Assembly: GCA_030390025.1 (NCBI GenBank)
Contig: CM059433.1
Coordinates: 25,980,001 to 26,044,000, forward strand
Source of the DNA: Squalus acanthias
Taxonomy: Eukaryota
Length of the DNA stretch: 64,000 nt
Direction: 5' to 3'
The notes under the pieces are model-generated. The model was not told the origin of the DNA. It saw only the letters and a program-made list of their open reading frames with translations, and did not search any database. This document shows positions 12,430 to 23,164 of the stretch, in pieces; within the stretch, counting starts at the first letter, position 1; every line of letters begins with the position of its first letter. The position numbers were made by a program, and so were the translations under genes.

Positions 12430-14920
12430 ATTTTTTTTAAATTCGATTATGGGATGTGGGCGCCGCTGGCAAGGCCAGCATTTATTGCCCATCCCTAATT
12501 TCCCTTGAGAAGGTGGTGGTGAGCCGCCTTCTTGAACCGCTGCAGTCAATGAGGTGAAGGTACTCCCACCCCCACTGCTGTTAGGGAGGGATTTTCAGGA
12601 TTTTCACCCAGTGACGATGAAGGATCGGCGATATACTTCCAGGTCAGGATGGTGTGTGACTTGGAGGGGAACGTGGAGGTGGTGGTGTTCCCATGCGCCT
12701 GCTGCCCTTGTCCTTCTAGATGGAAGAGGTCACGGGTTTGGGAGATGCTGCCGAAGAAGACTTGGCGAGTTGCTGCAGTGCATCTTGTAGATGGTACACA
12801 CTGCAGCCACGGTATGCCGGTGGTGGAGGGAGTGAATGTTTAAGGTGGTGGATGGGGTGCCAATCAAGCGGGCTGCTTTGTCCTGGATGGTGTTGAGCTT
12901 CTTGAGTGTTGTTGCAGCTGCACTCATCCAGGCAAGTGGAGAGTATTCCATCACACTCCTTACTTGTGCCTTGTAGATGGTGGAAAGGCTTTGGGGAGTC
13001 AGGAGGTGAGACACTCGCCACAGAATACCTAGCCTCTGACCTGCTCTTGTTGCCACAGTATTTATGTGGCTGGTCCAGTTAATTTTCTGGCCAATGGCGA
13101 CCCCCCAGGATGTTGACGGTGGGGGATTTGGCGATGGTAATGCCGTTGAATGTCAAGGGGTGGTGGTTAGACTCTCGCTTGTTGGAGATAGTCATTGCCT
13201 GGCACTTCTGTGGTGCGAATGTTACTTGTCACTTATCAGCCCAAGCCTGAACGTCATCCAGGTCTTGTTGCATGCGGGCATGGACTGCTTCATTATCTGA
13301 GGAGTTGTGAATGGCGTTGAACACTGTGCAGTCATCAGTGAACATCCCCATTTCTGACCTTATGTTGGAGGGAAGGTCATTGATGAAGCAGCTGAAGATG
13401 TTTGGGCCTAGGACACTGCCCTGAGGAACTCCTGCAGCGATGTCCTGGGGCTGTGATGATTGACCTTCAACCTACCACAACCATCTTCCTTTGTGCTAGG
13501 TATGACTCCAGCCAGTGGAGAGTTTCCCCTCCCGATTCCCATTGACTTCAGTTTTACTAGGGCTCCTTGATTCCACACTCGGTCAAATGCTGCCTTGATG
13601 TCTAGGGCAGTCACTCTCACCTCACCTCTGGAATTCAGCTCCTTTGTCCATGTTTGGACCAAGGCTGTAATGAGGTCAGGAGCCGAGTGGTCTTGGCGGA
13701 ACCCAAACTGGGCATCAGTGAGCAGGTTATTAGCGAGTAAGTGCCACTCGATAGCACTGTTGGTGACACTTTCCATCACTTTGCTGATGATTGAGGGTAG
13801 ACTGATGGGGCGGTAAATGGCCAGATTGAATTTGTCCTGCTTTTTGTGGACAGGACATAGCTGGGCAGTTTTCCACATTGTTGGATAGATGCCAGTGTTG
13901 TCGCTGTACTGGAACAGCTTGGCTAGAGGCGCGGCTAGGTCTGGAGCACAAGTCTTCAGCACGATAGCCGGGATGTTGTCGGGGACCATAGCCTTTGCTG
14001 TATCCAGTGCTCTCAGATGTTTCTTGATATCACTTGGAGTGAATCGAATTGGCTGAAGACTGGCTTCTGTGATATAAGAACATAAGAAATAGGAGCAGGA
14101 GTAGGCCATACGGTCCCTCGAGCCTGCTCCACCATTCAATAAGATCATGGCTGATCATCGACCTCAACTCCACTTTCCCGCCCAATCTCCATATCCCTTG
14201 ATTCCCCTGGATTCCAAAACTCTATCCATCTCAGCCTTGGATATACTCAAAGACTCAGCATGAGGACCTCAGGAGTAGGCCGATATGGATCATTCACTTG
14301 GCGCTTCTGGTTGAAGATGGTTGCAAACACTTCAGCCTTGTCTTTTGCACTCACGTGCTGGACTCCACCATCATTGAGGATGGGGATAGTCATGGAGCCT
14401 CCTCCTCCCATTAGTTGTTTAATGGTCCACCACTATTCACGACTGGATGTGGCAGGACTGCAGAGCTTTGATCTGATCTGTTGATTGTGGGATCGCTTAG
14501 CCCTGTCTATAGCATGCTGCTTCCATTTTTTAGCAAGCATTTAGTCCTGTGTTGCAGCTTCCCCAGGTTGGCACCTCATTTTTAGGTACGCCTGGTGCTG
14601 CTCCTGGCATGCTCTTCTACACTCCTTATTGAACCACGGTTGGTCCCCTGGCTTGATGGTAATGGTAGAGTGAGGGATATGCCAGGCCATGAGGTTACAG
14701 ATTGTGGTGGAATACAATTCTGCTGCTGCTGATGGCACACAGCGCCTCATGGATACTCAGTTTTGAGCTGCTAGATCTGTTCTGAATCTATCCCATTTAG
14801 CACGGTGGGAGTGCCACACAACACAATGGAGGGTGTCCTCAGTATGAAGACGAGACTTCATCTCCACAATGACTGTGCGGTGGTCACTGCTACCAATACT
14901 GTCATGGACAGATACATCCA
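12430..14920 (-). mobile_element. CR1-group (Zenon-like) LINE, 5'-truncated and decayed
   Basis: RT peptides YRPISLPSIISKVME, QFGFRQ, ALDIKAAFDRVW, IYKAQVRSVMEYSPLAW; homologous to 30890-32626. Clade assignment is inferred from the YKAQVR..MEY motif. Confidence 0.85.
14075..14258 (-). mobile_element. Short CR1 3' end nested in the Zenon-like LINE
   Basis: ATAAGAACATAAGAAATAGGAGCAGGAGTAGGCC is the reverse complement of a CR1 tail; it interrupts the host LINE. Confidence 0.75.
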
Positions 14921-14971
14921 ATGACATCTTCGGCAGGGATATTGAGGAAAGTAATGACTTACAAAACTTAT

Positions 14972-15683
14972 TGTAAGAATACATAATTTGCTGTAAAAGT
15001 TTGCTGTAACTTGACCAAACTTAAAAGTTGACCAGATTTAATGTACCAGCATGCCTTGAGAGGCCAAGAGACTTTCTGCTGAACAAATGTTAAAAGAAAA
15101 CTGCTGCGGCTGCAAGCTGTTAATCAGATAAGGAAGCAACAGACCCTGAGCAGGAACAAACTGTTGGGTGTTACAAAGACAGGAACATCTTCACACAATT
15201 GATATGAATGGCCTTGGGGCCCACTGATTAACTGACTAGGTGATAAGAAGAGGAAAACAACTGCCGACCATTTGTCACACAGTGTGGGACACATACGCAT
15301 TGAGGGGGCCTGCCCAGGTTTTGGGGTATAAAAAGTGCTGCAAAAAGACACTCGGGCTGCAGTCGGGGCAACTTGGTCAGTTGCCAGTTAAAGTCATACG
15401 TCTAGTCATCGCCGAACCGACCACTCGCTGGTGTTAGTACTTATGTGGTGTTTGCTTATGATCGCTTGAGTTTAAAGTAAAGGAATAGATCAGTGTATGC
15501 TTAAGTATAATTGGGAATGGTTATCCGCAACAGTATTATTAGATGCTTACTGGTAATCTCTTGCTGATTTTTAAGTAAAAGAAAGTTTTTCACTGAAATC
15601 CTTGGGTTTTGTGTTGTCTGTTCCACGGGTCTGAACTCTATAAACTGTTGGATGGGGCGAGGGGTAATTCCGCATGTCTTACA
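14972..15683 (+). mobile_element. Solo LTR (712 bp)
   Basis: TGTAAGA...TCTTACA inverted termini, perfect 5-bp TSD CTTAT (14967-14971, 15684-15688), internal TATAAAA at 15327 and AGTAAA near 15574. Confidence 0.85.
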
Positions 15684-17147
15684 CTTATCACTGCTGAGAA
15701 ACTATTTTGTCAACAATAAATGTACTTTTGTGCTAAAAATGTAATAAGCAACCTGGGGGCAGTGGCATATCTCAAAATTATACAGCTTATGATGCATAAA
15801 GCCCAAAAGGCACCAGCTATTGTTTGCAGGAGTTACTTCCTCTTAATGACAAATGTTCCACAAATCTCCATCAGTTATTTTATTGTTCATTCAATTGAAA
15901 AATTTTAAATATTGTATGAATTAGAATTAATCTTTCTACAGTGTGTGAGGAAAACATTGTTCATGTATTTGATTTATCGAATTATTTTTTTAAATCCATA
16001 AGCAATGACAAGGGTAGATTTACTATCTATACCTATTCAATATTAATGCCGTGATTTTACTTACCTCGGTGGGTCACTAGCGGGTGATGTCAGTGGCGGG
16101 TCCCGACCCCGCAGCTGACTCCATCCCGCTCTGAGAAATGACTTTCCATTGATTGGGCTTGTTAAGCCAGCTCAGAGCGTTTCCCAGGCCAATTAGAGGA
16201 AGCGGATCTGGTGACGTCATTTCATGACGCATCAGCCGGTTTCCTTAAAGGGACCACGTCCAAGTTCATTTTGACATTTGTGCTGTCAGTGTTCTACAGC
16301 ATTGAGGTGCTGTAAACACTGACAGGCACTGCACAAAGGCACAGGGCTGCACCCAGGCTCTCCCATGACTCCCTCCATATGCTTATGGAGGGAGTCACAG
16401 CACGCAGGGAGTTCCTCTTCCCTTCCCATGGTCAGAAGAGACCTCCCCAGGAGATCAACACAGCCTGGTTGCACATTGCAGAGGAGGACACAAGCAGGGA
16501 TGTGGTCAGGAGGACCTGGGTGCAGTGCCGCAAACCTTTCAATGATCTCAGTAGATCACGAAATGTTAGTACAAAGCCACACTCAGTCTCAACCTGCTGT
16601 GCCTCTCATCACATCCCCATCACTCTGCCTTCCCTACCCTACTCCTGCACATCCTTGTTCACACCAACTTGCCTTGCACCTCCACCCATCCCTCTCTATC
16701 TATATTATCACATTCCCATCTCACCCGCCACCCCTCACACTCACCCTTATCCTAGTGGAATCATACCAACTAACAACACACAAGGGTAGCCACTTGAGTC
16801 TTTTATCCAATGTTCATGTAAAGTTTCTGTTAATGTGGTGTCAAACATTAACACCTTTATTTTGAACACTACGGGAGTGATTTTCCCATTGGAGGCAGGT
16901 TGGGAGCAGGTTTGGGGGTGGGCGGGTGCCGACACCGCCTCCACTGTCAGGTGGGAAAAAGTTGGGATTTTCCCCTAATTGCCCAATTAGTTCCAGGCGT
17001 GTGGGTTCCCCTGGGCCAATTACTCTTTTGGGACTGAAACTCGCCTCAGCTGACGTCACTTATGCAGCTTCATTTAAGGGCTGCTTGCTCCCTTGGCTCA
17101 TTTCACTGCTGTTTTGTGGATGCTGCACACTTTTGCGTTGAGAAGAA

Positions 17148-19127
17148 ATGGCCAACTCCAGAGCCAAGGCCTCCCCGAGGTTCACAGATGAGTCGCTGAG
17201 TATTTTGGTTGAGGGGGTGAGAGCTAGCAAGGAGGTGCTCTTCCCCTCATCTGGGAGGAAGAAGCCTCCCACACAAACAAAGGCTGTCTGGGTGTAGCTG
17301 GCATGGGATGTGTCACCTCCAGGTCTATGAGCAGCAGAACATGGCTGCTGTGCTGCAAGAGGTTCACTGACCTTATAAGATCAGCCAAAGTGAGTATACC
17401 ATCAGCTTGACCCTCATTCCGCTCCCCTTCTCCTCTCATCACCAGCACTCTGCATTGCCAACCTCCTCCTGCACATCCCGCTTTACCCTTACAACCCTTG
17501 CACCCTTAACCATCCCTCTCACTCTATGAACACAATCACTTCACTATTCGACTATGCTGTCCTCACACTCCCTATCAATGTTATGCAATGACAACAACTA
17601 ACAACACACTGGGAAGGCCCTTGGAAATGGAACCTCACTCCATCTTTGTCTCCTTCTAAGCATCTATGCTCTGGACTCTCTAAACTCATTCCATCTTTTT
17701 CACTCAAACTCCACTTGTCTCCCTCATTGCAGGAAAAGAGAGCCCACAATAAAAGGGAAAGGGTGAAGACTGGAGGAGGGCCACCTTCCCTCGCCCATTT
17801 GACCCATGCTGAAGAGGCGGCCCTGGAAATCGTTGGCATGGAGGTGGAAGTGGGAGATGGACAGACGGGCGCAGCAGAGCAAGCTGGTTCCAAGAATAGC
17901 TTTGCATCTCTCTCTTTTACATTGCAGGAGACACTAAAATGGCTGCTGATGTACATTTATAGAATGGCAATTGATCATCTGCGCTATTGCATATGCATGC
18001 CAAACTACCGTAACATCGCTAACTCATTCCTTTACTCCCCCACAGGACCATCGACAGCCCCCCTCCCCACTGTCCAGGAGGCAGAACCTGAGGTGGAAGA
18101 CTCCTCAGAGGAACCTGCAACCTCTGAGGATGCAGCGTCAGCAGATGTAAGCGCACGCAGCACCAGTGCAGACACTCACACCTCGGTGGGACCTTCGGGA
18201 GATAGAGTAGTGTTGTCACCTGGTGTATCACAGCTCACAAGTGAGCATCAGCAGGTGGTGGAGACAGGGACAGCAGTGGAGAGTCCTCGTCGGAGGTCGC
18301 AGGACTCTCCTAGCTCTGCTCAGTTGCATTTAGACCCTGTGCCTCCGGGTCCATCCAGAAGGAGAGCGGTGCTGGAACTCCAGGAACAAGTGCAGGAATC
18401 TCTGGCAGGTTTTGTCTCCAGGGTCACTGCATGTGTGGAGAGGATGGAGGAGTCCAACTCAAATATGAGCAGAGCCTTTGTGGAGTCATTGGTGCATGAG
18501 CACATCTCATCAGAAAGGTTGGCTACCTCCGTGGAAGCGATGTCTACCTCCGTGGTATCGATGGCTGCCTCTCTGCAGACCATGGCCATGGAGGAGATAA
18601 GTCGCCAGAGTGTTGAAAACATGGTCAATGTTCAGAATAGACTGACATCTCTGGAGGAGCAATGGGCAGCTATTGATCAGAGACACCAGAGCTTCATGGA
18701 AGTCCTCAGCAGTAGGACTGCCAGTGCAGAGACGGGTCCTCATGGCCTCCCTGATGTGCAGCAAGGTGCTCTCAAGCCACTTGCTAGTGCTGAGGTGGGG
18801 CTGACCCATGAGAGGGGTGTTGGTGACAGAGAACAAGGAAGTGGGGGCTCCTCTCCAAGTGCTCACACTTCCATGCTACTGCGTTGCCCTTGGTCAGAGC
18901 CCCACCAGAGTCCTCACCCAACTGAGATGGGCGTCTCAGACCCTGCACAGCCACAGGAGGAGCAGACTTTTGGCAAGCCCTCACAGGCTCGCAAACCTAG
19001 AGGACGCCTGCCAAAGGTGTCACAGCAGGAGCAGCATGAAAGTGAGCAAGGGGCCTCCACTTCTGCTGAAGCCACAGGGGAAGCACCACGTAGGAGCATG
19101 CGTAAGAGGAAGATAAAGCACAAGTAG
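17148..19127 (+). pseudogene. Myb/SANT-like partner gene of element 2 (exons about 17148-17389, 17733-17886, 18046-19127)
   Basis: MANSRAKASPRFTDESLSILVEGV...KRFTDLIRSAK then GTGAGT; TGCAG then EKRAHNKRERVKTGGGP; exon 1 has a stop and a frameshift; exon 3 is open and ends RRSMRKRKIKHK. Confidence 0.8.
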
Positions 19128-19382
19128 TCACATGGGCAGTCACTTGGGTGTTTTTTTGTCTTTAATGATTAAATGCCATCCCTTTGTCAATGTATTAAAC
19201 TCTGGTGATGGCAAACTGTTGACGTTATGGCCTCTGTGATTTTGGTTTTGGAAGTTCCACATTGCGGCCTCAGCGAGACTTGCTTGGTCAGGTTGGTGGT
19301 CAGTGAGAGGAAGCCAGAGAGTCATGTCCATTGTCCATCTTCTGCTAAGAAGGAGCCAAGCACATATGCTAGAATGGGCAGC

Positions 19383-20636
19383 CTAAGCAAATCTGGCCAA
19401 GATGAGTGCATCCCTTGCATTTCGGGCAGCAATGTGCTCCCATGCTGCTGCTGCTGCTGGTTGATGCGCCTCCGCTTGGTCATCATTCTCCTCCTGCTGC
19501 TCCTCCTCCTCCTCCTCCTCCTCCTCCTTATCCTCATCTGAAGAGGCTATGTACTGAGCCACTTGCTCATCAGGAAGCTGCAAGCCATGATGCTGTGCGC
19601 TGTTGTGCAGTGCACAGCAGACCACGACCATTCTGGAGACCCTGGCTGCTGAGTACTGCAGGGCTCCACCTGATCAGTAAAGGCATCTGAATCACATCTT
19701 CAGCAAGCCGATGGTTTGTTCGATGATGGACCTGGTTGAAATGTGGCTGGTGTTGTAGCGCCCCTCAGCTTTGTTCGATGGCCTCCTGATCAGCGTCATT
19801 AGCCACGTCTTCAGGGGTAGCCCTTTTCTCCAAGTAGCCATCCGTTAAGTTGTTTTGGCTGATTGAAGAGCAGAGGCACACTAGACTGCTGCAGGATGAA
19901 TGAGTCATGGCAACTGACACAGTACTTGGCGTAAACATGCAAAATCTCCTTCTTGTGGTTACACACCAGCTGTACATTGAGGGAGTGGAAGCCCTTGCGG
20001 TTGACAAAAATAGCTGGGTAGTGATGAGGTGCCCTAAGGGCCACATGTGTGCAGTCTATGACACCCTGCACCATTGGCAAGCCTGCCATATTTGCGAATC
20101 CATCCGCACGCGCGGTTATACTTGCTTGATCAGTTGAAAAGTTGATTTAATTGTGCGCCTTTGCGAAGAGGGCATCGGTAAACTGTGATGCAACTGTGGG
20201 CGGCCGACTGGGAGATGTCGCTGATGTCTGCTGCTGATTCCTGGAAGGAGCCTGAAGCAAAAAAGTTGAGTGTGGTGGTGACTTTGACAGCCACTGGTAA
20301 GGGGTGTCCACCAGCTCCTCTGGGCTCCAGGTGCTGGTGCAGCATTGCACAGATGTCTCCGACAACCTCCCGCGAAAGTCTCAGCCTCCTTTGGCACTGC
20401 TGCTCACTCATGTTGAGAAAGCTCATCCTCTGTCTGTAAACCCTGAGATGAGGGTATCTCCTGCGGCGACGTGCTGCCATGCGCTGGCGCCTTCTGCCCT
20501 GTGCAACATCAGGTGGGTGAGCAGGAGGTTGGCGCTCCTGCTGCTGTTGCTGCTGTTCTGCCTGGTTCTGCTGCTGCTGTGGTTGCTCCTTGTCCGAATC
20601 TGAGGTCCATGATGAAAGGAAATAAATGGTTCCCAT
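19383..20636 (-). pseudogene. Harbinger transposase pseudogene (element 2)
   Basis: [42 protein letters not shown] and poly-E tail, spread over several frames. Confidence 0.9.
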
Positions 20637-22324
20637 GCTGCTGGTAGATACCTCCATTGGGGAAGCGCTCAGTCCAAGTGGGGAGAGGGTTTTCCCAGGA
20701 GGTCCCAAAGTTGATAGATCTCAGCTGCACCACCTCCGACTTCAGTAGGCCTGGAAAAAGTGCTCAAAGATGTGTCCAACAAAAGTTCTGCCAGCTCCAA
20801 CTGATCCCTGTTGAAAGCTCTGTTTTTATGATGGAGCTGCAGATGTGAGGAGGCCAGCCACTTGTCAACCCACCAGGATTAGTTGGTGTGGTTTAGGAGC
20901 ACCGTGCAACACGCTGAAAATGTGGGGAAATAACAAAGGCCTGGCAAAAAAGGATTACAGAGGTCCTTACCCGCTTGTTAAGGGTCTTAACTGCCTATCC
21001 CGCCTCTTGGAGGCGGGACCGAATCGCACTCCTGAAGCCCGCCTCTGGCAAAGTTGCGCGGAGGCGGGTTGGAGACGGGTTCCGAACCCGCACTCACTTT
21101 TTGCTATTTTGCGAACTGTCCCACCTCCAAACCCGCCTCCTCAGGGCTGGGAAAATTGCCAAGAACGTGTTCTTGGACAGATTTGTGTGCACCTTTGGAA
21201 GTGGCTTAGTGAGTTGCAGTGAATGGTGAGAAATAACGGTACCCCCCGCAATGGTGATGAGTGTGAAAGGAATGGCTTGGGCATTGTAGGGATGCTTTAT
21301 GGTTTTGGTGTGGGGTGGTGCCAACCTGGCGCACCATGTGGCAGCCAGGGTGTACAGCCTCAAGTGAAGTAAATCTGGCCATGGTGAGGCCATCCCTGGT
21401 CTCCTGGGCAGCAATGTGGTCGGGTGCTGATGCCCTCTGTCCTGTGCAGCATCAGGTGATTGCGGAGAAGGTTGGTGGTGTTGTTGTTGGTGCCGCTGGT
21501 GTGCCTGGTGCTGCTGGTGTTGGGGCTGATTGTGGTGGGATTCTGAGGACCAAGGTGAGAGAGTATGAAGGGCACCCATGCTGATGGAATAGATGACAGG
21601 TGAAGCAGTGATGACAGAAGCGATTTGTCAATGGTGAGAGAGGTAATGAGGTCAGACTGGATGGAGACTTGTGTAAAGACTTGCAGCATAGTGAATCTGT
21701 AGTGGAAATGCAGTGAGGAAGAGCTTGTGGCTGAGGGAAGATATCTCTGTAAGGTGGGAGCTTTTACTTTACATTTGAAGCTGTCAACTCCACAGCTGAT
21801 TCAATGGCCACTGAACTCCCGCCTCCGCTTGACAGACGTGGTCCATGACCAGTGTGCACCCCGGGGGTGAGCTGTCAAATGCCAAAGGTAAGCTGAAAAT
21901 CATTCTTAATTGGTTCTAAACAAACCACTAATTACCTGAATTGGGTCCCCCACTGCTGCGTGTCGGGTCTGCTCAGCGCTGACAGACCCGACATTTGGGA
22001 AAGGCGCGTGGCAGTGGGTTCACAGCGGGGTCCCGAAAAACCACTTTTTCACCCGACCCGCCACCGATCGCGCCCACTGACCCCCCGCAAAAGTCCGGGC
22101 TAATTGTCTTGCATATGCTCTACTGTTTCAGCTATAAGGTTCAACATTCTGTTGGCTTTGCTGGTTGCTGCTTTGCGTTGATTGGACATACTGAGACTCC
22201 GAGGTCTCTTTTGCCTCCATCTGTAGCTATTTCAACACCATTCATTCATGGAGTACAAGTGTCACTTATTTTTTTTCTTGCTACCTGCAGAACTTTACGC
22301 TTGTCTGGCATTGCTCTGCCTAGT

Positions 22325-22970
22325 TTAATAAGGCCATAAAAAAAAAAACCAAGCACTGGGGTTCATTTCTAGAGGGATAGAATTGAAAACCAGAGAAATT
22401 AGGTTCAACTTGTATCGAACCTTGGTTAGACCACATTTGGAGTACTGTGAACAATTCTGGTCTCTATTATGAAAAGGATATAGAGGCAGTGGAGAAGGTG
22501 CAAAAACTATTCATAAGGATGATAGCAGAACTGAGAGGTTATAACTATCAGGAAAGGCTGAACAAGCTGGGGCTCTTTTCTCTAGAAAAGAGAATGCTGA
22601 GGGGTCACCTGATCAAGGTCTTTAAGATAATGAAAGGGTTTGATTGGGTAGACACAGAGAAAATGTTTCCACTTGTGGGCGAGTCCAAAACTAGAGCTCC
22701 TAAATATAAGACTAGTCACTAATAAATCCAACAGGGAATTCAGGACAAACTTCTTTAGCCAGAGTGGTAAGAAATTGGAACTCGCTATCACAGAGAATGG
22801 TTCAGGCGAATAGCAGAGATGCAGTTAAGGGGAAGCTAGATAAACACATGAGGGAGAAAGGAATAGAAGGATATGTTGATAGGGTTAGATGAAGAGGGGT
22901 GGGAGGAGGCTCGTGTGGAGCATATACACCGGCATAGACCAGCTGGGCCAAATGGCCTGTTTCTCTGCTG
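22325..22970 (+). mobile_element. CR1 3' fragment
   Basis: [25 protein letters not shown] peptides and CR1 3' UTR. Confidence 0.85.
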
Positions 22971-22971
22971 T

Positions 22972-23164
22972 CTTCTCTTCTTAGGCAGTCCCTCGGAACT
23001 GTCGTGGGTCCCATCTCTCGAAAGAAAAATTAAAAGTAGACATATCAAAATCTTTTTTTTAAATCTCTGTTCTGACTGACCTATTTCCTCTTATCTGCTG
23101 CACAGATACTTACAGCTACCATGCAGCACAGGGCTGGCACATGCAGTACTGCATGTGTACAATA
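22972..23164 (-). mobile_element. About 30-bp RTE 3' end plus captured local DNA, inserted in a CR1 tail
   Basis: 22972-23001 is the reverse complement of the RTE end at 59165-59197; 23001-23146 duplicates 25129-25274; TGCTGT on both flanks. Confidence 0.65.

Larger units (their letters stand above)
16873..21163. mobile_element. Harbinger element 2 (near full length, decayed), nested in the outer element
   Basis: Degenerate TIRs sharing ATTTTCCCA, flanks TAC/AAC; Myb gene on + and transposase on -, convergent. Confidence 0.8.
16048..22100. mobile_element. Internally deleted Harbinger (outer element) hosting element 2
   Basis: Myb exon-1 remnant at about 16330-16560 (WLHIAEE...RTWVQCRKPFNDL) on +, MGA-initiated Q/H-rich transposase start at 21579 on -, GC-rich subtermini; TIRs degenerate so ends are approximate. 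Confidence 0.65.

Noticed and set aside
17646..19127. 493-aa single-exon gene
   Set aside because: It is exon 2, intron 2 and exon 3 of the Myb partner read through from a non-ATG start; the true exon 1 is upstream and disrupted.
19227..19690. Poly-Leu or poly-Pro ORFs (also 20304-20603 and 60781-61593)
   Set aside because: Antisense or alternative-frame translations of the transposase GAG/CAG tracts.
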